8,511 bases of DNA from a virus (taxonomy: Duplodnaviria > Heunggongvirae > Uroviricota > Caudoviricetes), in the IMG/VR virus record IMGVR_UViG_2734482550_000011. The stretch is one strand, 5' to 3'. The number at the start of each line of letters is the position of its first letter. Position 1 is the stretch's first letter. Shown piece by piece: positions 1 through 8,428 of this stretch. Under the pieces are notes generated by a model. It saw only the letters and a list, made by a program, of their open reading frames with translations, was not told the origin of the DNA and did no database searches. Both the position numbers and the translations under genes were made by a program.

Positions 1-3000
1 CGCCTGCTGGTTCAGATACAGCGTAACGGTGGCTGGGTGACGGAAAAAGACATCACCATTAAGGGCAAAACCACCTCGCAGTATCTGGCCTCGGTGGTGG
101 TGGATAACCTGCCGCCGCGCCCGTTTAATATCCGGATGCGCAGAATGACGCCGGACAGCACCACAGACCAGCTGCAGAACAAAACGCTCTGGTCGTCATA
201 CACCGAAATCATCGATGTGAAACAGTGCTACCCGAACACGGCACTGGTCGGCGTACAGGTGGATTCGGAGCAGTTCGGCAGCCAGCAGGTGAGCCGTAAT
301 TATCATCTTCGCGGGCGCATTCTGCAGGTGCCGTCGAACTATAATCCGCAGACGCGGCAATACAGCGGTATCTGGGACGGAACGTTAAAACCGGCATACA
401 GCAACAACATGGCCTGGTGTCTGTGGGATATGCTGACCCATCCGCGCTATGGCATGGGGAAACGTCTTGGTGCGGCAGATGTGGATAAATGGGCGCTGTA
501 TGTCATCGGCCAGTACTGTGACCAGTCGGTGCCGGACGGCTTTGGCAGCACGGAGCCGCGCATCACCTGTAATGCCTGGCTGACCACACAGCGCAAGGCG
601 TGGGATGTGCTCAGTGATTTCTGCTCGGCGATGCGCTGTATGCCGGTATGGAACGGGCAGACGCTGACGTTCGTGCAGGACCGACAGTCGGATAAGGTGT
701 GGGCCTATAACCGCAGTAATGTGGTGATGCCGGATGATGGCGCGCCGTTCCGCTACAGTTTCAGCGCCCTGAAAGACCGCCATAATGCCGTTGAGGTGAA
801 CTGGATTGACCCGGATAACGGCTGGGAGACGGCGACAGAGCTTGTGGAGGATACGCAGGCCATTGTCCGTTACGGTCGTAACGTCACGAAGATGGATGCC
901 TTTGGCTGTACCAGCCGGGGGCAGGCACACCGCGCCGGGCTGTGGCTGATTAAAACGGAACTGCTGGAGACGCAGACCGTGGATTTCAGCGTGGGTGCTG
1001 AAGGGCTTCGTCATGTACCGGGCGATGTCATTGAAATCTGCGATGATGACTATGCCGGTATCCGCACCGGCGGGCGCGTGCTGGCGGTGAACAGCCAGAC
1101 CCGGACGCTGACGCTCGACCGTGAAATCACGCTGCCATCCTCCGGCACCACGCTGATAAGCCTGGTTGACGGGCAGGGGAATCCGGTCAGCGTGGAGGTC
1201 CAGTCCGTCACCGACGGCGTGAAGGTAAAAGTGAGCCGTGTTCCTGACGGTNNNNNNNNNNNNNNNNNNNNNNNNNNNNNNNNNNNNNNNNNNNNNNNNN
1301 NNNNNNNNNNNNNNNNNNNNNNNNNNNNNNNNNNNNNNNNNNNNNNNNNNNNNNNNNNNNNNNNNNNNNNNNNNNNNNNNNNNNNNNNNNNNNNNNNNNN
1401 NNNNNNNNNNNNNNNNNNNNNNNNNNNNNNNNNNNNNNNNNNNNNNNNNNNNNNNNNNNNNNNNNNNNNNNNNNNNNNNNNNNNNNNNNNNNNNNNNNNN
1501 NNNNNNNNNNNNNNNNNNNNNNNNNNNNNNNNNNNNNNNNNNNNNNNNNNNNNNNNNNNNNCTGGTCAGCACGGCCCGGACGACGGAAACCACTTACCGC
1601 TTCACACAACTGGCGCTGGGGAACTACAGGCTGACAGTCCGGGCAGTAAATGCGTGGGGGCAGCAGGGCGATCCGGCGTCGGTATCGTTCCGGATTGCCG
1701 CACCGGCAGCGCTGTCGCGGATTGAGCTGACGCCGGGCTATTTTCAGATAACCGCCACGCCGCATCTTGCGGTTTATGATCCGACGGTACAGTTTGAGTT
1801 CTGGTTCTCGGAAAAGCGGATTGCGGATATCAGGCAGGTTGAAACCACAGCACGCTATCTTGGCACGGCGCTGTACTGGATAGCCGCCAGTATCAATATC
1901 AAACCGGGCCATGATTATTACTTTTATATCCGCAGTGTGAACACCGTTGGCAAATCGGCATTCGTGGAGGCTGTTGGTCAGCCGAGTGATGATGCATCCG
2001 GTTATCTGGATTTTTTCAAAGGCGAGATAGGGAAAACCCATCTGGCTCAGGAGCTGTGGACGCAGATTGATAACGGTCAGCTTGCGCCTGACCTGGCTGA
2101 AATCAGGACGTCCATTACGGATGTCAGCAATGAAATCACGCAGACCGTCAATAAGAAACTGGAAGACCAGAGTGCGGCAATTCAGCAGATACAGAAGGTT
2201 CAGGTTGATACAAATAATAACCTGAACAGCATGTGGGCTGTGAAGCTGCAGCAGATGCAGGACGGACGCCTTTATATCGCGGGTATTGGTGCCGGTATTG
2301 AGAACACCCCTGACGGCATGCAGAGTCAGGTGCTGCTGGCGGCGGACAGGATTGCGATGGTTAATCCTGCGAATGGCAACACAAAACCGATGTTTGTTGG
2401 TCAGGGCGATCAGATATTCATGAACGACGTGTTCCTGAAACGCCTGACGGCCCCCACCATTACCAGCGGTGGAAATCCATCGGCATTTTCCCTGACTCCG
2501 GACGGAAAGCTGACCGCTAAAAATGCGGATATCAGTGGCAGTGTGAATGCGAACGCCGGGACGCTCAACAATGTCACGGTAAATGAAAACTGTACGATTA
2601 AGGGCATGCTGGAGGCGACTCAGGTCAGAGGTGACTTCGTTAAAGCTGTATCCAAATCATTTCCGAAACAGGCTGGTACGTGGGGTAACACGGAAACACC
2701 AAACGGGACGGTTACAGTCACCATAAGCGATGATCATAACTTTGACCGCCAGATTATTATTCCGCCCATTATTTTTAACGGTATAGCGTATGACGATCCG
2801 GGGAGCGGAAATAACCCAGGAGGCACGCGATACACGGGTTATGGTTTTGAAGTTCGCAAAAACGGCGTATTAATCGCATCCAGAGAAACTAAAGGGGCCA
2901 TTCCCGGTAGTTACAGTGCAGTTATTGATATGCCTAGTGGTGGTGGTAGCGTCACTCTGGAGTTTAAGATTTTCCAGAAAGGCAATCAGGGGGCAGGCAA

Positions 3001-3061
3001 TATCACCGACTGTACGGTGATTGTGACCAAAAAAGCGGCTTCCGGCATCAGTATTCGTTGA
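1..3061 (+). CDS. J: Tail tip host-specificity protein J (central tail fibre), 5'-partial, interrupted by N-run 1252-1561
   Basis: Frame 1 is open from position 1 and reads [33 protein letters not shown]..., which I recognise as closely matching lambda J from about residue 140. After the N-run the same protein continues in frame 2 ([36 protein letters not shown]...) and ends ...[10 protein letters not shown] with TGA at 3059-3061. Track ORFs 37..1725 and 1238..3061 are the two halves. Confidence 0.9.
1252..1561. other. N-run (310 nt), assembly gap or masked sequence inside J
   Basis: Uninterrupted n characters. The J frame changes from frame 1 to frame 2 across it, so the N-run length does not equal the true sequence length modulo 3. 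Confidence 0.95.
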
Positions 3062-3083
3062 AATATTTATAACCCCAATAAAT

Positions 3084-3110
3084 GGCGTCAGGAATGACGC
3101 CTTTTTTATT
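3084..3110 (+). terminator. Rho-independent terminator downstream of J
   Basis: Inverted repeat GGCGTCA (3084-3090), loop GGAA, TGACGCC (3095-3101), followed directly by TTTTTTATT, 23 nt after the J stop. Confidence 0.7.
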
Positions 3111-3131
3111 GCAGAAAAGCGAGAGGTAATT

Positions 3132-3940
3132 ATGCGTAAAGTTTGTGCAGCCATTTTGTCCGCAGCCATTTGCCTGGCCGTATCCGGTGCGCCTGCATGG
3201 GCGTCTGAACATCAGTCCACGCTGAGCGCGGGGTATCTTCATGCCCGGACCAACGTTCCCGGCAGTGATGATCTGAACGGGATTAACGTGAAATACCGTT
3301 ATGAGTTTACGGATACGCTGGGGCTGGTGACGTCATTCAGCTATGCAGGAGACAAGAATCGCCAGCTGACCCGTTACAGCGATACCCGCTGGCATGAAGA
3401 TTCCGTGCGTAACCGCTGGTTCAGCGTGATGGCGGGGCCGTCTGTGCGCGTGAATGAATGGTTCAGCGCGTATGCGATGGCGGGTGTGGCTTACAGCCGT
3501 GTGTCGACTTTTTCCGGGGATTATATCCGCGTAACTGACAATAAGGGGAAAACGCACGATGTGCTGACCGGAAGTGATGACGGTCGCCACAGCAACACGT
3601 CTCTGGCGCACTGACGGTTTCATCGTGGGTGTCGGTTANNNNNNNNNNNNNNNNNNNNNNNNNNNNNNNNNNNNNNNNNNNNNNNNNNNNNNNNNNNNNN
3701 NNNNNNNNNNNNNNNNNNNNNNNNNNNNNNNNNNNNNNNNNNNNNNNNNNNNNNNNNNNNNNNNNNNNNNNNNNNNNNNNNNNNNNNNNNNNNNNNNNNN
3801 NNNNNNNNNNNNNNNNNNNNNNNNNNNNNNNNNNNNNNNNCCCGACCGAATCCGTGGCCATTGATATTGCTTATGAAGGCTCCGGCAGTGGCGACTGGCG
3901 CACTGACGGTTTCATCGTGGGTGTCGGTTATAAGTTCTGA
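3132..3940 (+). CDS. lom: Outer-membrane protein Lom (Ail/Lom/OmpX family, lysogenic-conversion moron); interrupted by N-run, first segment ends at premature TGA 3612-3614
   Basis: ATG at 3132 preceded by GAGAGG (3121-3126). Product MRKVCAAILSAAICLAVSGAPAWASEHQSTLSAGYLHARTNVPGSDDLNGINVKYRYEF... is near-identical to lambda Lom as I recall it, with a signal peptide ending AWA. After the N-run the Lom C-terminus PTESVAIDIAYEGSGSGDWRTDGFIVGVGYKF plus TGA (3842-3940) is read in a different frame. Confidence 0.85.
3603..3930 (+). repeat. Exact 36-bp direct repeat (copies 3603-3638 and 3895-3930) flanking the lom N-run
   Basis: CTGGCGCACTGACGGTTTCATCGTGGGTGTCGGTTA occurs just before the N-run and again at the 3' end of lom. 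The first copy joins lom codon ...SLA directly to lom 3'-terminal sequence and creates an in-frame TGA. Confidence 0.9.
3639..3840. other. N-run (202 nt) inside lom
   Basis: Uninterrupted n characters. Intact lambda lom would need only about 24 nt (WGAGVQFN by my recall) between the flanking visible residues. Confidence 0.95.
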
Positions 3941-3966
3941 TTAGCCAGGTAACACAGTGTTATGAC

Positions 3967-3994
3967 AGCCCGCCGGTTCAGGCGGGCTTTTTTG
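3967..3994 (+). terminator. Rho-independent terminator downstream of lom
   Basis: Stem AGCCCGCC (3967-3974), loop GGTTCA, GGCGGGCT (3981-3988), then TTTTTTG; 27 nt after the lom stop. Confidence 0.75.
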
Positions 3995-4004
3995 TGGGGT
4001 GAAT

Positions 4005-6929
4005 ATGGCAGTAAAGATTTCAGGTGTACTGAAAGACGGCACAGGAAAACCGGTACAGAACTGCACAATCCAGCTGAAAGCAAAACGTAACAGCACCACG
4101 GTGGTGGTGAACACGCTGGCCTCAGAAAATCCGGATGAAGCCGGGCGTTACAGCATGGACGTTGAGTACGGTCAGTACAGCGTTATTCTGTTGGTGGAAG
4201 GATTCCCGCCGTCACATGCCGGGACCATCACTGTGTATGAAGATTCCCGACCCGGTACGCTGAATGATTTTCTCGGTGCCATGACGGAGGATGATGCCCG
4301 TCCGGAGGCACTGCGCCGTTTTGAGCTGATGGTGGAAGAGGTGGCGCGTAACGCGTCCGCGGTGGCACAGAACACGGCAGCCGCGAAGAAATCAGCCAGC
4401 GATGCCAGCACATCAGCCCGTGAGGCGGCAACCCATGCGACTGATGCTGCAGATTCAGCACGTGCAGCCAGCACGTCAGCCGGACAGGCCGCTTCGTCGG
4501 CTCAGTCAGCGTCTTCCAGCGCAGGAACGGCATCAACAAAGGCCACTGAAGCCTCAAAAAGTGCTGCCGCTGCAGAGTCCTCAAAAAGCGCGGCGGCTAC
4601 CAGTGCCGGTGCGGCGAAAACGTTAGAAACGAATGCGGCAGCGTCACAACAATCAGCAGCCACTTCTGCATCCACCGCGACCACGAAAGCGTCAGAAGCT
4701 GCCACCTCAGCCCGGGATGCGTCGGCTTCAAAAGAGGCGGCAAAATCATCAGAAACGAACGCATCATCAAGCGCCAGTAGCGCAGCTTCCTCGGCGACGG
4801 CGGCTGCAAATTCTGCGAAGGCGGCCAAAACGTCCGAGACGAACGCCAGGTCTTCTGAAACGGCAGCGGGACAGAGTGCCTCAGCTGCGGCAGGCTCAAA
4901 AACAGCGGCTGCGTCGTCTGCCAGCGCCGCGTCAACAAGTGCCGGGCAGGCCTCAGCCAGTGCCACCGCCGCCGGAAAATCGGCAGAAAGCGCCGCATCA
5001 TCCGCTTCAACAGCCACAACGAAGGCTGGCGAAGCCACTGAGCAGGCCACGGCAGCAGCGAGGTCAGCTTCCGCAGCGAAGACATCCGAAACGAACGCGA
5101 AAGCGTCGGAAACCCGTGCAGAATCCTCAAAAACGGCTGCCGCATCGTCCGCCAGTTCGGCGGCGTCATCGGCATCATCGGCGTCTGCTTCAAAAGATGA
5201 GGCGACCAGACAGGCGTCAGCAGCGAAGGGCAGCGCCACGACGGCATCCACGAAGGCGACAGAGGCTGCTGGTAGTGCGACGGCAGCNNNNNNNNNNNNN
5301 NNNNNNNNNNNNNNNNNNNNNNNNNNNNNNNNNNNNNNNNNNNNNNNNNNNNNNNNNNNNNNNNNNNNNNNNNNNNNNNNNNNNNNNNNNNNNNNNNNNN
5401 NNNNNNNNNNNNNNNNNNNNNNNNNNNNNNNNNNNNNNNNNNNNNNNNNNNNNNNNNNNNNNNNNNNNNNNNNNNNNNNNNNNNNNNNNNNNNNNNNNNN
5501 NNNNNNNNNNNNNNNNNNNNNNNNNNNNNNNNNNNNNAATCCAGCTAAGCAGCGCGACCAACAGCACGTCTGAAACGCTGGCGGCAACGCCAAAGGCAGT
5601 AAAAGCAGCCAATGACAATGCTGAGAAACGTCTGCAGAAAGATCAGAACGGTGCGGATATCCCTGGCAAAGACACCTTTACGAAAAATATTGGTGCCTGC
5701 CGTGCCTTCGGTGGGTCAGTAAGCACAACAACAGGAAACTGGACGACTGCACAGTTTATCGAGTGGCTGGATTCTCAGGGAGCATTTAACCATCCATACT
5801 GGATGTGCAAGGGTTCCTGGTCTTATGGCAATAATAAAATCATTACTGATACTGGCTGCGGTAATATTCATCTCGCCGGAGCTGTCATTGAAGTAATGGG
5901 GATAAAGTCAGCGATGACGATCCGCATTACCACTCCGACCACATCCAGCGGTGGCGGAACAACCAACGCCCAGTTTACCTATATTAATCACGGAACAGAT
6001 TATTCACCTGGCTGGCGAAGGGACTATAACTCCAGAAATAAGCCAACGGCATCAGAGATCGGGGCGCTACCGTCAGGTGGAACAGCAGTATCATCAGTTA
6101 ATCTGGCTTCAAAAGGTCGGGTAGCCGCGCTGACAGACAATACGCAGGGGGCAGCAGGTCTTGAGTTATACGAGGTGTATAACAACGGATATCCAACAGC
6201 GTATGGAAATATCATTCACCTGAAAGGGATGACAGCCGTTGGCGAAGGTGAGTTACTCATCGGCTGGAGTGGTACAAGCGGTGCTCATGCTCCGGCATTT
6301 ATTCGTTCACGACGGGATACGACCGACGCAAACTGGTCGCCGTGGGCGCAGCTTTACACCTCGGCTCATCCTCCTGCAGAGTTTTATCCAGTCGGTGCAC
6401 CAATCCCGTGGCCATCAGATACCGTTCCGTCTGGTTATGCCCTGATGCAGGGGCAGACTTTTGACAAATCTGCTTACCCGAAACTTGCAGCCGCTTATCC
6501 GTCAGGCGTGATCCCTGATATGCGTGGCTGGACGATTAAGGGCAAGCCCGCCAGTGGTCGTGCCGTATTGTCTCAGGAACAGGATGGCATTAAATCGCAC
6601 ACCCACAGCGCCAGCGCATCCAGTACGGATTTGGGGACGAAAACCACATCGTCGTTTGATTACGGCACTAAATCCACGAATAACACCGGGGCGCATACGC
6701 ACAGTCTGAGCGGCTCTACAAGTTCAGCTGGGGCCCACCAACATAGTCAGACTGGGCCCAGAACGAATAGCGGGAGTCAACCTACTGGAATGTTTCCGGC
6801 AGGGAGTACTCAAGTTAGCGGGACTAATCAGGTTGGTATCAGTGGCTCATTAACCAGTGGCACCTCCCAATGGGTAGGTAAATCATCTTCAGAAGGAAAC
6901 CATACACACTCACTGTCCGGCACAGCAGC
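4005..6929 (+). CDS. stf: Side tail fibre protein Stf (long variant); internal N-run 5288-5537; 3' end lies inside N-run 6930-7191
   Basis: ATG at 4005 (the track starts at an upstream in-frame GTG 3999) preceded by GGGG. N-terminus [26 protein letters not shown]... matches lambda Stf as I recall it, followed by Ala/Ser-rich repeats. After the N-run the protein continues in frame 1 from about 5539 ([22 protein letters not shown]...) to the conserved Stf C-terminal region [15 protein letters not shown]...SHTHSASAS...GAHTHSLSG...[11 protein letters not shown], which runs into the next N-run. Confidence 0.85.
4380..5287 (+). repeat. Imperfect tandem coding repeats (Ala/Ser/Thr-rich, recurring K-T/S-SETNA units) within stf
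   Basis: Recurring units such as [35 protein letters not shown] and [19 protein letters not shown], with matching DNA repeats (for example gaaacgaacgc at several positions). The array continues into N-run 5288-5537. Confidence 0.8.
5288..5537. other. N-run (250 nt) inside the stf repeat region
   Basis: Uninterrupted n characters. Stf frame changes from frame 0 to frame 1 across it. Confidence 0.95.
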
Positions 6930-7191
6930 NNNNNNNNNNNNNNNNNNNNNNNNNNNNNNNNNNNNNNNNNNNNNNNNNNNNNNNNNNNNNNNNNNNNNNN
7001 NNNNNNNNNNNNNNNNNNNNNNNNNNNNNNNNNNNNNNNNNNNNNNNNNNNNNNNNNNNNNNNNNNNNNNNNNNNNNNNNNNNNNNNNNNNNNNNNNNNN
7101 NNNNNNNNNNNNNNNNNNNNNNNNNNNNNNNNNNNNNNNNNNNNNNNNNNNNNNNNNNNNNNNNNNNNNNNNNNNNNNNNNNNNNNNNNNN
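6930..7191. other. N-run (262 nt) covering the stf 3' end and tfa 5' end
   Basis: Uninterrupted n characters. By my recall of lambda, about 60 Stf residues and 32 Tfa residues are missing, about 276 nt, which is compatible with the run length. Confidence 0.95.
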
Positions 7192-7679
7192 TTCCGCCTC
7201 ATACAGGTCTGCCTGCAAACAGTACCGATATTGCACCGCCAGATATTCCGGCTGGTTTCGTGGCTGTTTTCAACAGTGATGAGTCATCGTGGCATCTCGT
7301 TGAAGATCATCGGGGTAAAACGGTTTATGACGTGGCTTCCGGCGACGCGTTATTTATTTCTGAACTCGGCTCATTACCGGAAAATGTCACCTGGTTATCC
7401 CCGGAAGGGGAGTTTCAGAAGTGGAACGGCACAGCCTGGGTGAAGGATACGGAAGCAGAAAAACTGTTCCGGATCCGGGAGGCGGAAGAAACAAAAAACA
7501 GCCTGATGCAGGTAGCCAGTGAGCATATAGCGCCGCTTCAGGATGCTGTGGATCTGGAGATCGCAACGGAGAAAGAAACCTTGTTGCTGGAAGCTTGGAA
7601 AAAGTATCGGGTGTTGCTGAACCGTGTTGATACATCAACTGCACCGGATATTGAATGGCCAGTAGCACCTATAGGGTAA
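7192..7679 (+). CDS. tfa: Tail fibre assembly protein Tfa (chaperone), 5'-partial, start hidden in N-run
   Basis: Frame 0 from 7194 reads [59 protein letters not shown]...[21 protein letters not shown] with TAA at 7677-7679, near-identical to lambda Tfa from about residue 33 as I recall it. The track ORF 7260..7679 is its tail, starting at an internal GTG. Confidence 0.85.
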
Positions 7680-7760
7680 ATTCGTAATGATTACCTAAAT
7701 ACGTTATTCTTTTGTTAAAAAAGTGATTTTGCTATAGGTAGGGAGTATGTTCTTGGATTA

Positions 7761-7795
7761 AGAATAAAAAATCGCCATGAAAGAGCTTCATGGCG
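7761..7795 (-). terminator. Rho-independent terminator for a leftward (minus-strand) transcript
   Basis: On the minus strand, stem CGCCATGAA, loop GCTCT, TTCATGGCG (plus coordinates 7773-7795), followed by ATTTTTTATTCTT. A 9-bp GC-rich stem in otherwise AT-rich DNA. On the + strand the hairpin is not followed by a T-run. Confidence 0.55.
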
Positions 7796-7944
7796 AGTAC
7801 ATAAACGTACAAAATGTGATGAAAGTAGAGTGGCGTAAGCCACTATATTAAGATATGACAATAGCGAAGAAAAGTAAATAACATTTTATGGACGTTTAAT
7901 TGTTAATTATAAAAACTAGAGTGCCCGATATTGTTTATCTTGCT

Positions 7945-8046
7945 TTAAAATAATGTACTCAAACCAAATTTTTGAGCTAAAAGCTCAAATAATATAAATG
8001 CAATAATAATGTTTAATAAGACAATTAGCTTGCTTTGTATTTTCAT
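7945..8046 (-). CDS. Hypothetical 33-aa hydrophobic small protein (MKIQSKLIVLLNIIIAFILFELLAQKFGLSTLF)
   Basis: Minus-strand ATG at 8046 to TAA at 7945, below the track's ORF size cutoff. Basic N-terminus followed by about 20 hydrophobic residues (one predicted TM helix or a signal peptide). It lies between a promoter-like motif and the minus-strand terminator. No clear Shine-Dalgarno; could equally be the signal-peptide remnant of a decayed gene. Confidence 0.2.
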   Translation of the reverse strand: MKIQSKLIVLLNIIIAFILFELLAQKFGLSTLF

Positions 8047-8080
8047 TTCGGAATACTGTTAAGTAACTTTGATGACCCTA

Positions 8081-8109
8081 ACAATAGATCGGAATTTTCT
8101 TAGAGTCAA
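8081..8109 (-). promoter_or_regulatory. Candidate sigma70 promoter for the leftward small transcription unit
   Basis: Minus strand TTGACT (plus 8104-8109), 17-nt spacer, TATTGT (plus 8081-8086), about 35 nt upstream of the small-ORF ATG. Such motifs arise easily by chance in AT-rich DNA. Confidence 0.2.
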
Positions 8110-8428
8110 TGGTCACTGTTTTTGCTTGCAAAGCAAATGTTTTGGTGGTTATAAGTCGTCTTAATATAGTCACGCATGCAACTTGTTCCATGCGGAGATT
8201 AAAGATTGGAATATAACGCGAAGATGGAATTAAATTACATTTGCAATAATTAATTTATTATTACTCAATAATTACCGATATTATTATTGTAAATTAATCA
8301 TTAGAATGCAAAAAGAAATGTAACGGCAAAATAAGAGGACGATAGCTGAGAAAAAAGCGTGCTTTCCCAATCTGGGGCAAATCACGTCTGAATGACACCT
8401 GAAAACAGGTGGTAGCCTCAAGAAGGCT

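Noticed and set aside
385-1593. 402-aa minus-strand ORF (and the 277-aa ORF 1208..2041) antisense to J
   Set aside because: Both run through the N-run, so most of the translation is X. They lie antisense to a well-supported GC-rich gene where long stop-free antisense frames are common, and the visible residues are Arg/Ala/His-rich with no recognisable motif.
2870-3864. Short ORFs overlapping the J end, lom and the N-run (2870..3169-, 3048..3242-, 3333..3623-, 3463..3861-, 3574..3864+, 3629..3940+ as an independent gene)
   Set aside because: Antisense or out-of-frame relative to the strongly supported J and lom frames, or composed mostly of N-derived X residues. 3629..3940 is simply the lom C-terminus with an artificial start.
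4380-5287. Periodic direct repeats that could be mistaken for a CRISPR array or a satellite
   Set aside because: The repeats are imperfect, lie within a continuous open reading frame with clear homology to the Stf shaft, and have no repeat-spacer structure.
4172-5618. Several long ORFs on both strands inside the stf repeat region (4172..4474-, 4228..4584-, 4402..4626+, 4502..5593-, 4597..5247-, 5217..5618-)
   Set aside because: They are alternative-frame or antisense readings of GC-rich low-complexity Ala/Ser codon repeats, several extended through the N-run; the products are low-complexity with no independent signals.
6024-6709. 60-70 aa ORFs inside stf (6024..6215-, 6239..6445+, 6502..6702-, 6524..6709+) and 7387..7668- inside tfa
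   Set aside because: Fully embedded in and out of frame with, or antisense to, conserved stf and tfa coding sequence; no start-site signals.
4633-7443. 936-aa + strand ORF from the track spanning the stf repeats, stf C-terminus and part of tfa
   Set aside because: It is a chimera of three different things in one frame: an Arg/Pro-rich out-of-frame reading of the Ala/Ser repeats (4633-5287), the genuine stf frame only between the two N-runs, and an out-of-frame reading of tfa after 7192. The true genes are stf (frame 0 before the N-run, frame 1 after) and tfa (frame 0).
7777-7851. 24-aa + strand ORF (MKELHGEYINVQNVMKVEWRKPLY) in the AT-rich tract
   Set aside because: Its start codon lies inside the stem of the minus-strand terminator hairpin and it has no Shine-Dalgarno; most likely chance.
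7680-8428. Possibility that the AT-rich tract hides a tRNA, an attachment site or a defence gene
   Set aside because: I could not find a tRNA-like cloverleaf or conserved tRNA motifs, no ORF exceeds about 36 aa on either strand, and there are no recognisable nuclease, ATPase or toxin-domain motifs. The region appears largely non-coding or decayed.
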